This document shows positions 9,429 to 17,951 of a DNA stretch of 55,754 nt, piece by piece. This DNA is from a virus (taxonomy: Duplodnaviria > Caudoviricetes). Numbering within the stretch: position 1 is the stretch's first letter; every line of letters begins with the position of its first letter. The DNA lies in the IMG/VR virus record IMGVR_UViG_3300020176_000019, positions 1-55,754 of that record; one strand, given 5' to 3'. The notes beneath the pieces were generated by a model. It was not told the origin of the DNA and did not search any database. It saw nothing but the letters and a program-made list of their open reading frames with translations. Made by a program: the position numbers and the translations under genes.

Positions 9429-11216
9429 TCAGGAGAGTAGCGAAGCGTCAGGATTGTTGAGCGCACCACTGAGGCTCTTAATTGTAACCTGTTTCCTGAA
9501 TCCTGTACCACTTTCCTCTTTTGGTGGATCCACTGCAACCAGACCCATTCGCTGTCTGGCACAGTCGAGAGCCAGAAACGCAGCGTCAGCCAAGTCAGGT
9601 GATCGACCGAACCGACTCTTGAACTCCTGCTTTGATTCGATCTTCACCTTCAGGGATCCGGTTTTCACCATATCGTAGTTTCGGGCGCACATCTCTTGAG
9701 CGAGGTCTGACGAGATCCCGTAGATTTGTTTTGTCCGAATCAACTCTTTGCCGACGAACCACAGCTCGCTGACACGGTTCGTGTAAAGCTCCTCTCCAGT
9801 CAGTTGGCTGTTCATGCTAACACGCTTGTCTGAGGGCTTGCCACCAAAGGTCACCCGCATGAAGGATGACTCCCATTCGCCAGCCAGCACGTCACAGAAC
9901 GGCGCACCTGCTCCGGTGGAGTCGAGTGCTACGTTATCTGCGGTGATTCCGCGCCTCTTGCAGTGGTCGATAATCTGGTGAACAATCTGGTAGGTTCGTG
10001 GAACCGCCTTGTTCGTCGCGTCATCGTTCAGGTGAATCGCCTCGCCAAGCTTACAGACATACTGACCGTTACGGGCGTAGCCTACCTCAGCGGTGAACAT
10101 AATCGTCCTGTCACCTCCGTTGGTGAAGGCCGGATCGACGCCAGCCACCATAGTCGGCTTCTCGGCCCAATCGACTTCCCCCATTGACCCGCTCTTCGCC
10201 AGCTCCGCTTCTGAGTAGATTCCGGTGGTCTCGTCACTGTCGAAGAACACAGCGCGAACCATTCGCATGTAACCTCTGGACTCCGCCCCCAAAAGCATCC
10301 GGTCCTCCTCCAGCTTGGCGGCGGTCGGGAGCCACGGATACTTCTCTTCGCCTAAAAGGATATTGGGACTCCGCTCGCCGTCGAGTCTGAGGTAATGCCC
10401 CTTCCACTTCGTCGGCCATTCGTCTGCGGTCTGCGGGTCGATGGAATCCCACCCGTTTTTCGGCTCCGACCAGACTCCGAAAGCGTCGAATCGACTATTC
10501 GGGTTGGACATCCCGATCATCTGGAAGGATGGGTTCTTCGACAAGTTCGTAAGTCCGGCATTTAGAATAGCTTCAGAAAGTTCTGAAAGTTCATCACCAA
10601 TCAGAATAACGCGCTTCTGCTTGATACCAATGAACTTACCGATAGCCTCGCGTGTCTTGGATTTCTCTGCCGCGATAAGTGATAAGCCAGCTCTTTCGAT
10701 AAGCGTGTCGTTCTCATCGACATACGCTGCGTTTCCGATTGAATCCCGAATCTTGATTGGCGCACCATCGATCACTGAGAGGAGTGACATGACTGAACCC
10801 CAAATCCTTTTTCGTGCTTCCCGTAGCGTCGTAGAGGTCATCAGGACCAATGTGTCGCGTGGTTGGCAGAGCCACTGGACAATGCCCCATGCGGCCATTG
10901 TGTGGGATTTACCGGACGAAGCAGAACCACCAATCGCCAGATACTTGTGTTTAATCGCAGCCCGAACCATCTGTTCGGCCCAAGGATGCCGGACCATCAT
11001 TGGTTCCGGTAGGTCTTCGCGGTTCCAGAGTTCGTCGCAGATCCGCCAGAAGTAAAACTCTTTCGCCTTACCGTTTGGGTGGTGGGCGAATCCGTATAGC
11101 AGAGCAGTGAGGAGACTGGTCGGTTGGATCATCAACCCGCCGACATCCATTTTCTTGGTGGTTGGGTCGATACGCGGCTCTAGAACGCGCTTGCGCTTGT
11201 CTGCTTCTGTAGGCAT
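9429..11216 (-). CDS. terL: Terminase large subunit
   Basis: Walker A GGSASSGKS, Walker B ILIGDE, motif III GMSNP, nuclease GVDPA and RSPDLADA. Confidence 0.9.
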   Translation of the reverse strand: MPTEADKRKRVLEPRIDPTTKKMDVGGLMIQPTSLLTALLYGFAHHPNGKAKEFYFWRICDELWNREDLPEPMMVRHPWAEQMVRAAIKHKYLAIGGSASSGKSHTMAAWGIVQWLCQPRDTLVLMTSTTLREARKRIWGSVMSLLSVIDGAPIKIRDSIGNAAYVDENDTLIERAGLSLIAAEKSKTREAIGKFIGIKQKRVILIGDELSELSEAILNAGLTNLSKNPSFQMIGMSNPNSRFDAFGVWSEPKNGWDSIDPQTADEWPTKWKGHYLRLDGERSPNILLGEEKYPWLPTAAKLEEDRMLLGAESRGYMRMVRAVFFDSDETTGIYSEAELAKSGSMGEVDWAEKPTMVAGVDPAFTNGGDRTIMFTAEVGYARNGQYVCKLGEAIHLNDDATNKAVPRTYQIVHQIIDHCKRRGITADNVALDSTGAGAPFCDVLAGEWESSFMRVTFGGKPSDKRVSMNSQLTGEELYTNRVSELWFVGKELIRTKQIYGISSDLAQEMCARNYDMVKTGSLKVKIESKQEFKSRFGRSPDLADAAFLALDCARQRMGLVAVDPPKEESGTGFRKQVTIKSLSGALNNPDASLLS

Positions 11217-11219
11217 AAT
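11191..11219 (+). promoter_or_regulatory. sigma70-type promoter for the TerS-like gene / replication operon, predicted leaderless
   Basis: TTGCGC-N17-CATAAT, then 7 nt to ATG 11227; the CAT is the antisense of the terL start codon. Confidence 0.55.
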
Positions 11220-11226
11220 TTAATAA

Positions 11227-11868
11227 ATGTCTGAAAAACCCATTAGAGAAGTCGAGGCCGAAGCCTTACGACTTAGCAAAGAAGGTTACAGTAATTCTGC
11301 TATCGGTCAACACATTGGAGTCCACCGCAACACTGTCCGTAACTGGCTGAGGAAGCATGGCGTTGCCCCGAAGATGAATGGGGACACAGCAGACGGGCGG
11401 GTTCTCGACAACCTGATTCACAATACCAAGATAAAAGAAGAACACCAAAAGCCTGATGCCGACACAGACCAGCTCAAAGAAGATATCGACGACCACTTTA
11501 ACGACACTATATCTTCTGCAATCGTTGAAGAAAGATTCAGGGCCTCGAAACAAGAAGACCTCGACCTCAACGAGATCGCAGAAGCCCAGAGTTCCCCCGC
11601 TGACAAATACCAGCACTACATAGCAGCAGCCGGAATTAAGTTGCTGAGGGACTCAATGAAAACGCTGCGTGGTCCGAAGACGATCCGCGAGATGTCAGAA
11701 CTCGACCAGCTCATTCGACGTAACTTAGGGCTAAACGCCAAGACTGGTGGTGGCAATAGTAAGATGCAAATCGACATCTCGATCCTGAATAACTCCAAAG
11801 CCGACAAAGGTGGGGGTGCGATCAGGCAGAAAAAAACGATTGACGGAGATACCGGAAAAGAGATTTAA
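11227..11868 (+). CDS. HTH protein, probable terminase small subunit
   Basis: N-terminal HTH (GYSNSAIGQHIGVHRNTVRNWL), helical middle, beta-rich C-terminal tail; adjacent and divergent to terL. Confidence 0.6.
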   Translation: MSEKPIREVEAEALRLSKEGYSNSAIGQHIGVHRNTVRNWLRKHGVAPKMNGDTADGRVLDNLIHNTKIKEEHQKPDADTDQLKEDIDDHFNDTISSAIVEERFRASKQEDLDLNEIAEAQSSPADKYQHYIAAAGIKLLRDSMKTLRGPKTIREMSELDQLIRRNLGLNAKTGGGNSKMQIDISILNNSKADKGGGAIRQKKTIDGDTGKEI

Positions 11869-11881
11869 TCAACCGCTCAAG

Positions 11882-12112
11882 ATGTTTACGAACCGACAGC
11901 CAGAAATGAACCCTCAATTCATCACGCGAGTGGATGACGGTGCAGACTTCCGTTTTCCGGTCGATAAGGCTGACGGCCTTTGGTATCGAGTGATCCCAGA
12001 AACCGCCAAAGAAGTTTTTTACTTGCAGGCGTTGCCAAAAGGGATCAGAGTTCTTGTCCCTGCTGAGGGCGATGGCCTTCTGGTTAGGGGAGACTCAATA
12101 CCAACGAAATAA
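11882..12112 (+). CDS. Hypothetical protein
   Basis: ATG 11882 (MFTNRQPEMNPQ); fills the operon gap. Confidence 0.55.
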   Translation: MFTNRQPEMNPQFITRVDDGADFRFPVDKADGLWYRVIPETAKEVFYLQALPKGIRVLVPAEGDGLLVRGDSIPTK

Positions 12113-12114
12113 TA

Positions 12115-12288
12115 ATGAATACAGAATTAGATTGGCAGAAGTTAGATATTATAAGACTGTTTCTCTTGAACCAAGAAGAAGAGTTCAGTAACCACATCGA
12201 AGAATTTGGATACGATTCTCCCGAAGCCGAACAACTGCAAGAGGAGATACTCCAGATCCTGTGGGATAAGATGGAAGAAGTATTATGA
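12115..12288 (+). CDS. Small acidic hypothetical protein (57 aa, not in track)
   Basis: MNTELDWQKLDIIRLFLL..; ATGA overlap with the next gene. Confidence 0.55.
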   Translation: MNTELDWQKLDIIRLFLLNQEEEFSNHIEEFGYDSPEAEQLQEEILQILWDKMEEVL

Positions 12289-12683
12289 AACCCGAAACCC
12301 TATTCCGTTTACACGAAGAGACGTGTAAGAAAACGCTCGAAATTATGCGGGCGAAGAACAGCGATTACTGCGGCGGCGAAAACACCGTCGATGCACTCGC
12401 GAACTTCAAGACCGCTCAATCTTTAGGTCTTCATCCGGTCACCGGATTACTGTTGCGGATGCAGGATAAGCTCATGCGGATTAAGTCATTCGTCAACGAC
12501 GGCGAGTTGAAGGTTGCTGGCGAGTCCGTCAATGATGCCTGTGAGGATCTCGTCAACTATGCGATTCTTGCGAAAGCCCTCTTCCTTGAAGAACGAGAAG
12601 ATCTTTGCGAACACTGCGGAGGTGACGTAGAGATTGAAGATAAATGCCAAAACATTCTCTGCCCGAGGTTAGGGTCTGAGTAG
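12285..12683 (+). CDS. DUF1599-like / nucleotide-modification-associated helical protein with C-terminal Cys cluster
   Basis: KNSDY..ANF..LLRMQDKLMRI..DACEDLVNYAIL; CEHC..C..C tail. Confidence 0.65.
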   Translation: MKPETLFRLHEETCKKTLEIMRAKNSDYCGGENTVDALANFKTAQSLGLHPVTGLLLRMQDKLMRIKSFVNDGELKVAGESVNDACEDLVNYAILAKALFLEEREDLCEHCGGDVEIEDKCQNILCPRLGSE

Positions 12684-12755
12684 TTATATAGGGAATAGAG
12701 TCGGAGGAGATCTCCGGACGATGGCTTCTGTTTCTCCATTCATTGAACACCCTAT

Positions 12756-13250
12756 ATGACAGATCTAATCATCGGAATTGACAACGGACTCGATGGCGGA
12801 CTTTGTGCAATATCTACATTTGACGGTGTTGTTATTGCGAAGACTCGCATGCCGACCATCCAGCTATCCAAGAAAAAGGAGGTGGATATCCGTAAGGTCA
12901 ATCAGTGGATATTAGATCTACACTCCTCCTTTGAATTAGCGATTGAAGAACCGCTCGCACACGCAAAAAGCAGCCAAGCCGTCCGGTCGATGGCGATCTC
13001 ATTTGGCAAACTTTTAGGTATGGCTGAAAGCCACCGTTATCTGGTCAAGCGTGTAAGCGTCCATAAGTGGCAGAAGCATATGCTTGGCCGGATTCCCAAA
13101 GGAAAGACCAAAGAAGCCGCCCTAGAACTGGCGGAACAACTCGCGCCTGAAGAGAACTGGCTCGCGAACAAACGGTGCCGGAAGCCCCATGACGGCATGA
13201 TCGATGCCTACCTAATTGCCACCTACATCTGGTCTGGAAAAAAAAGTTGA
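12756..13250 (+). CDS. RuvC-like Holliday junction resolvase
   Basis: IIGIDNGLDGG, IEE, FGKLLG, W..HML, HDGMIDAYLIA motifs. Confidence 0.8.
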   Translation: MTDLIIGIDNGLDGGLCAISTFDGVVIAKTRMPTIQLSKKKEVDIRKVNQWILDLHSSFELAIEEPLAHAKSSQAVRSMAISFGKLLGMAESHRYLVKRVSVHKWQKHMLGRIPKGKTKEAALELAEQLAPEENWLANKRCRKPHDGMIDAYLIATYIWSGKKS

Positions 13251-13305
13251 GAATTTTCTGGACGGATTATTGATCGTCATTTATTTGTCTGTGCATAGAC
13301 AATAA

Positions 13306-14598
13306 ATGAAGACACTATACGAAAAGCAACAAGAAGCCTTCGACTTCTTTATCGCTAAACAAAGAGCTGGCTCGAACACCCTAGACACGAGCCACGTCGG
13401 AACTGGTAAGACCATCGTCGCTTGCCACCTTGCGAAAGTATTAAACAGGCCAGTTGCGGTTATTTGTCCGAAAGCGGTGATCCCATCATGGCAACGCGAA
13501 CTCGCCGAGTGCGGCATCGAACCGTTGTTCGTCCTGAACTACGAGAAGATCAGGACTGGCCGGACAGACTTTATGTCTAAGCGCGGCAAGAAGATCATGA
13601 GGTGGGACTTGCCGGAAAACACACTTATGCTCGTGGATGAGGTCCACAAATGCAAAGGGCCATATACCCAGAATGCTCAACTGCTGGTTTCGCTCGTAGC
13701 TCAAGGCTACTCCGTCCACGCAATGTCCGCGACTGCCGCCGAAGACCCGACAGAGATGCGGCCAATCGGGTTCGCGTTGGGTCTTCACAACCTGAACAAG
13801 TCTGAAGACGGCCTCAAGAGTTGGTATGGCTGGATGATGCAGTATGGTTGTAGCCAGAATGAATGGGGCGCGTGGGAGATACTCCGTAAGTCAAAGCTCA
13901 GTGACCTCAATAAGGTCATGTATAGCAAGAACGTCAAACGCCTGACGGTCGATGACTTCCCTGATTCCTTTAAAGCGAATCGTGTATTCGTGGAGCCTGT
14001 AGCCTTTACCTCTGCGTCAAAAATCGCGAAGGCGTATGAGAAACTCGGCATCACGCCGGAGATCATCGAGGATTACCTACTCACCGGATCGGTGGACGAC
14101 AGCGAGTGGGTCCTTGTAAATCTGCTACGTGCAAGACAGCTCGCTGAATCGCTGAAAGCGAAAGACATGGCGGACATGGCTAAGGACTATATCGAACAAG
14201 GCAACAGCGTCGTCATGTTCGTGAACTTCTCCGATACCGCTGAGGTCTTATCGGGTCTGCTCGATTGCCCTGCTATTGTCGGTGGACAGACGGCAGAGGA
14301 GCGTCAGCAGATCATTGACGATTTTCAGGCAGACAAGCAGAACGTCATTGTCGTCAACATCGCGGCTGGCGGAACCGGAATCTCGCTGCATGACATCAAC
14401 GGTAACCGCCAACGGATCTCGTTGATCTCACCGACCTTTAACGTGAAAGATCATTTACAGGCGTTAGGCCGTATCCACCGTAACGGTGCGAAGAGCGACG
14501 CTATCCAGAAGATCTTAGTCGCTGACGGCTCTATCGAAGAGCATGTCATGCGCGTAATCGAAGAGAAAACTTCAAACCTCAACACCTTACACCAATGA
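13306..14598 (+). CDS. Superfamily 2 (SNF2-like) DNA helicase
   Basis: Q motif, GTGKT, DEVH, SAT, GGTGISL, QALGRIHR. Confidence 0.9.
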   Translation: MKTLYEKQQEAFDFFIAKQRAGSNTLDTSHVGTGKTIVACHLAKVLNRPVAVICPKAVIPSWQRELAECGIEPLFVLNYEKIRTGRTDFMSKRGKKIMRWDLPENTLMLVDEVHKCKGPYTQNAQLLVSLVAQGYSVHAMSATAAEDPTEMRPIGFALGLHNLNKSEDGLKSWYGWMMQYGCSQNEWGAWEILRKSKLSDLNKVMYSKNVKRLTVDDFPDSFKANRVFVEPVAFTSASKIAKAYEKLGITPEIIEDYLLTGSVDDSEWVLVNLLRARQLAESLKAKDMADMAKDYIEQGNSVVMFVNFSDTAEVLSGLLDCPAIVGGQTAEERQQIIDDFQADKQNVIVVNIAAGGTGISLHDINGNRQRISLISPTFNVKDHLQALGRIHRNGAKSDAIQKILVADGSIEEHVMRVIEEKTSNLNTLHQ

Positions 14599-14927
14599 AC
14601 AAAATAGCCGGACTAACTAATTATAAGCAGACCATTATTGATAAAGTAGTCTCACTCGTGGCGGGAGAATTTTCCGTTGAAGAGGGAGACCTATTTAAGA
14701 AGTCTAGGGCATCACGATATTCAATTCCGAGATCGATAGCGGTCGGTATCCTTAGAAAATTCTACGGGATACAGCAACAGATCCTAGCTGACTACTTCGG
14801 ATACGTATCCCACAGCAGCGTAGCTCACGCAGTTCAATCAGTTGAGAAAAAGATCAACATTGAGCCAGAGATAAAGAAGATTGTTGAGAACATCCTCTAC
14901 AATATTAAGCAGCTAGAAATCAAATAA
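14595..14927 (+). CDS. Stand-alone DnaA C-terminal (domain IV)-like HTH protein
   Basis: V..EFSV..DL.KKSR....PRSIA..ILADYFG..SHSSVAHAV pattern matches DnaA domain IV. Confidence 0.7.
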   Translation: MNKIAGLTNYKQTIIDKVVSLVAGEFSVEEGDLFKKSRASRYSIPRSIAVGILRKFYGIQQQILADYFGYVSHSSVAHAVQSVEKKINIEPEIKKIVENILYNIKQLEIK

Positions 14928-14929
14928 TC

Positions 14930-15253
14930 ATGGAAAACATAGAGATAAAAGAGAACTCGAAAATGATGCAGGAAGCGATTGTCATTGATGCGACAAGGCT
15001 TATCAAAAAATATTCAGAGCAGTATGGCCTACCACCTAAATGGATAATGAGCCGTTTTGATGAGGGCGGCCCAAAAGGTAGGACCATCCAAACCAGAATG
15101 CAATCCTCTCACATTAGGCATCGTGTAATCACTGAGCTAGCCGATTTGGGATATTCGAGAGATTTGATAGCGCGTTCGTTCAACCTTGGCCGTGACGCGA
15201 TAAACAGCATTATTAGTAAATTCAGAAAACAACAAAATGAACACCAACACTAA
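14930..15253 (+). CDS. Putative HTH protein, possibly a divergent DnaA domain-IV-like paralog
   Basis: SHIRHRVITELADLGYSRDLIARSFNLGRDAINSII. Confidence 0.5.
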   Translation: MENIEIKENSKMMQEAIVIDATRLIKKYSEQYGLPPKWIMSRFDEGGPKGRTIQTRMQSSHIRHRVITELADLGYSRDLIARSFNLGRDAINSIISKFRKQQNEHQH

Positions 15254-15410
15254 ATACTTATCAGAGGCAGAGAAGGTCAGACTCAAGCTACTTGAGGATG
15301 AGATCTTCATGTTGAACAACAAAGTTGAGCGCACACTCAAGAAACGCGACCGCCTCCAACGTGAGGTGAAGCGGATAAACGGAATGACCGCCAAATCCAA
15401 TGGCTCTTAA
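15237..15410 (+). CDS. Small coiled-coil protein (57 aa, not in track)
   Basis: MNTNTKYLSEAEKVRLKLLEDEIFML..; overlaps both neighbours. Confidence 0.5.
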   Translation: MNTNTKYLSEAEKVRLKLLEDEIFMLNNKVERTLKKRDRLQREVKRINGMTAKSNGS

Positions 15411-15939
15411 ATATAAACCAGTTATAGGTCCGGCTCTAAAAATAGTATTAGAGCCGGACGAGATAACCGTCTGCGAAACATTAGGGAGATTACGGTCCTT
15501 GATCGCTAGAAGTTCTCGTGTAAAAGACGCGAAAATAGGAAACCAAGATGGTGCAGACGCTGACGTGATGGGCATGAAAGCTGAGTATGCCTTTGCGAAA
15601 GCATTCAATACCTTTCCAGATTTAGGTCTGAAGCCGAGAAGCGGTAGCGCAGACGGTAACTTCAACGGATTAAATTACGATGTTAAATCGACGCGACACT
15701 CAGACGGCATGCTGCTATCTACTCGCAAAGTCAACCCAGACATCGATGTCTATGTTCTCGCTATTGTCAAAAACCGTTGCGTGAAATTTGTCGGCTGGGC
15801 ATACAAAGAAGAATTGATTAAGGAAGAGAACCTTATTGATTTAGGTTACGGCAAAGGATACGGACTTGATCAAGACCAACTAAACGACTTACATCCTGAA
15901 TTAGCTTTTGAAAATAATGAACGAACAACCCAACCATAG
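15400..15939 (+). CDS. PD-(D/E)XK restriction-endonuclease-like protein
   Basis: G.KAE...AD......YDVKS motif order; DVYVLA..VGWA. Confidence 0.6.
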   Translation: MALKYKPVIGPALKIVLEPDEITVCETLGRLRSLIARSSRVKDAKIGNQDGADADVMGMKAEYAFAKAFNTFPDLGLKPRSGSADGNFNGLNYDVKSTRHSDGMLLSTRKVNPDIDVYVLAIVKNRCVKFVGWAYKEELIKEENLIDLGYGKGYGLDQDQLNDLHPELAFENNERTTQP

Positions 15940-17014
15940 CGATAGAGGCCACGCGGAGTTTTCTCCATCTAGCCTAAAGTATGTAGCCGCTTGCGCTGCT
16001 TATCAGGGCCGTGATGGAACATCCGCAGCAGCCGAAATGGGGACTCGAATCCACGAGGCTCTTGAAGTCTTCGATCCTTCTGCCCTCCATACTGAGGAGG
16101 AGCATGAGATCTACGAGCAGATCGTTAAGATGGAGCAGGACTTCATGACGAACTTCGACGAGATCGAGGAAGAGCTTAACGAGATCCAAGTTGAGGTCGC
16201 TTTAGATGGCACTGAGACATGGGGAACCTGTGACCGATTCCTGATTCTCAAAGGCGGAGATCGCGCCGTCATGGCCGATTACAAAACAGGCATCTCGATC
16301 ATTGATCCGCCGGAGAAGAACTGGCAGGCCAAAGCTTACACGACCGGAGCATTCCAGAAGTATCCTGACATCGAAGAGATCGTCTTTGCGTTCTACGTGC
16401 CGCAGCACAACGCGACCCTATCTCACGTTTTCAAACGCGAAGACCTGCCGACGCTTGTCGAAGACCTCAGTCGAGTGATCAAAGCTGGTGAAGAGATCCG
16501 CCCGAAATGGCAGGACGGCACACCCGAACTTAATGAATGCACCCCGACTCAGTATTGCCGATTCTGCAAACACGAAGAGGTGTGTCCTGCGTTGGGTGGT
16601 CTCGTTATCAACGTAGCCAAGAAACTGGATACTACGTTACCGGACATCGATCCTACCGACGTTGACGATCCGGCCCGACTCTCGGAGCTTTTCAACATCG
16701 CGAAGATCGTTGAGAACTGGGCAGCGTCGATCAAACGTAAAACGCTTGATGCCCTGAAGGATGGGGAGAAGCTTGACGGCCTGAAGTTACGGTCGATGGG
16801 GCGGACCCGAAAGATCTCCGATAACGCGGCTTTTGTAAAAATCGCAGAAAATTACGGAATTGATCTGGACACTTTGCTGGATCAAGTTAATTTCCCCCTC
16901 GCCAAGGTCTCCAAAAAGGTAGACCGGAGCAAACAACAAGACTTCTATGACGACTGCGAGAACGCGGGAATCATCGAAACATCAGACGAGCGGCACAGTG
17001 TCGCGAGTCAGTAA
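15917..17014 (+). CDS. Cas4-like / DUF2800 PD-(D/E)XK exonuclease
   Basis: HAEFSPSS..C, GTRIH, GTCD, DYKTG, WQ..Y, CRFC....C. Confidence 0.8.
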   Translation: MNEQPNHSDRGHAEFSPSSLKYVAACAAYQGRDGTSAAAEMGTRIHEALEVFDPSALHTEEEHEIYEQIVKMEQDFMTNFDEIEEELNEIQVEVALDGTETWGTCDRFLILKGGDRAVMADYKTGISIIDPPEKNWQAKAYTTGAFQKYPDIEEIVFAFYVPQHNATLSHVFKREDLPTLVEDLSRVIKAGEEIRPKWQDGTPELNECTPTQYCRFCKHEEVCPALGGLVINVAKKLDTTLPDIDPTDVDDPARLSELFNIAKIVENWAASIKRKTLDALKDGEKLDGLKLRSMGRTRKISDNAAFVKIAENYGIDLDTLLDQVNFPLAKVSKKVDRSKQQDFYDDCENAGIIETSDERHSVASQ

Positions 17015-17035
17015 ACCAAAAACAGAATAGAAAAT

Positions 17036-17686
17036 ATGGCTAATACCAAAACCGAAATCGCAGAGACCGAAGCTAACACTGGTCTCTCCACTAACGTAAC
17101 TGGAATCGAACTTGATATCGAAGATATTGAGATTCCACGAATCAACATCTGTCAGAAGATGTCTGAGTCGGAAGCCCCCGTTGGGTCTATCTTGTTCGAT
17201 AAGACCTACGAACTCGCCCCACCGAACCAACCCCTTAAGGTGATTCCTGTCGTAGCTCAAAAGGGCTGGCGGGAGAACATCCCCTTCGATGAGGAGGACA
17301 TCCCACGCATCGCTTGGTCTAAAGAGCAAGCTAACGCAATCGGAGAGGAATCTGATTGGGAGATGACCGAGTTCGCTGAGTTGACCTTGTTGATCCAGCA
17401 GCCCGAAGAGTCATCTGATGTTGACGCATACCAGTTGCCTATTGGTGACCACACCTATGCGTTGGGTAAGATCAATGTAGGGAAGAACGCCTATCGTTCG
17501 ACCTACAAGCGTTTGGCAACGAATGCTGCTCTTACCGGACAGGCGATCCACAACAAGATCTGGAACTTTACTTCGGAGGAACTGACCAAAGGTAAATACA
17601 CTTGGTTTAACCCAACTCTGACCGCTACCGTAGAAACGGTGGATGACAGTGTTGCCTCTTTTGTAAACAACTTTCTGAGCGCGTAG
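17036..17686 (+). CDS. Putative ssDNA-binding / annealing protein
   Basis: Acidic beta-rich protein (DIEIPRINICQ..KGKYTWF) between the exonuclease and polA; function by position. Confidence 0.5.
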   Translation: MANTKTEIAETEANTGLSTNVTGIELDIEDIEIPRINICQKMSESEAPVGSILFDKTYELAPPNQPLKVIPVVAQKGWRENIPFDEEDIPRIAWSKEQANAIGEESDWEMTEFAELTLLIQQPEESSDVDAYQLPIGDHTYALGKINVGKNAYRSTYKRLATNAALTGQAIHNKIWNFTSEELTKGKYTWFNPTLTATVETVDDSVASFVNNFLSA

Positions 17687-17688
17687 TC

Positions 17689-17880
17689 ATGTCTGAAGAA
17701 TTGAAGATTGACGCTCTGAAAGACGAAGTTGAAATGCTCGACAATATGGTTGCCGACGTTGAAGGGCAGTTCGACCAAATTAGCCAAAACCTCGAAAAGC
17801 TTCGGGCTGTCAGGGCAGCCCTAAAGCACGTAATCGATACTCACGATCCGCTTGAGTTCGATTTCGGCGAAGAGGAATAA
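17689..17880 (+). CDS. Small acidic coiled-coil protein
   Basis: 63 aa with heptad pattern; in operon. Confidence 0.6.
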   Translation: MSEELKIDALKDEVEMLDNMVADVEGQFDQISQNLEKLRAVRAALKHVIDTHDPLEFDFGEEE

Positions 17881-17889
17881 GCATAGCAC

Positions 17890-17933
17890 AGGCCCACTCC
17901 GGTTTATGTCTCTGCCGGAGTGGGTCTTTCTTT
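17890..17933 (+). terminator. Rho-independent terminator
   Basis: AGGCCCACTCCGG..CCGGAGTGGGTCT stem followed by TTCTTT. Confidence 0.75.
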
Positions 17934-17951
17934 GCCTAGAGACCAAATAAT

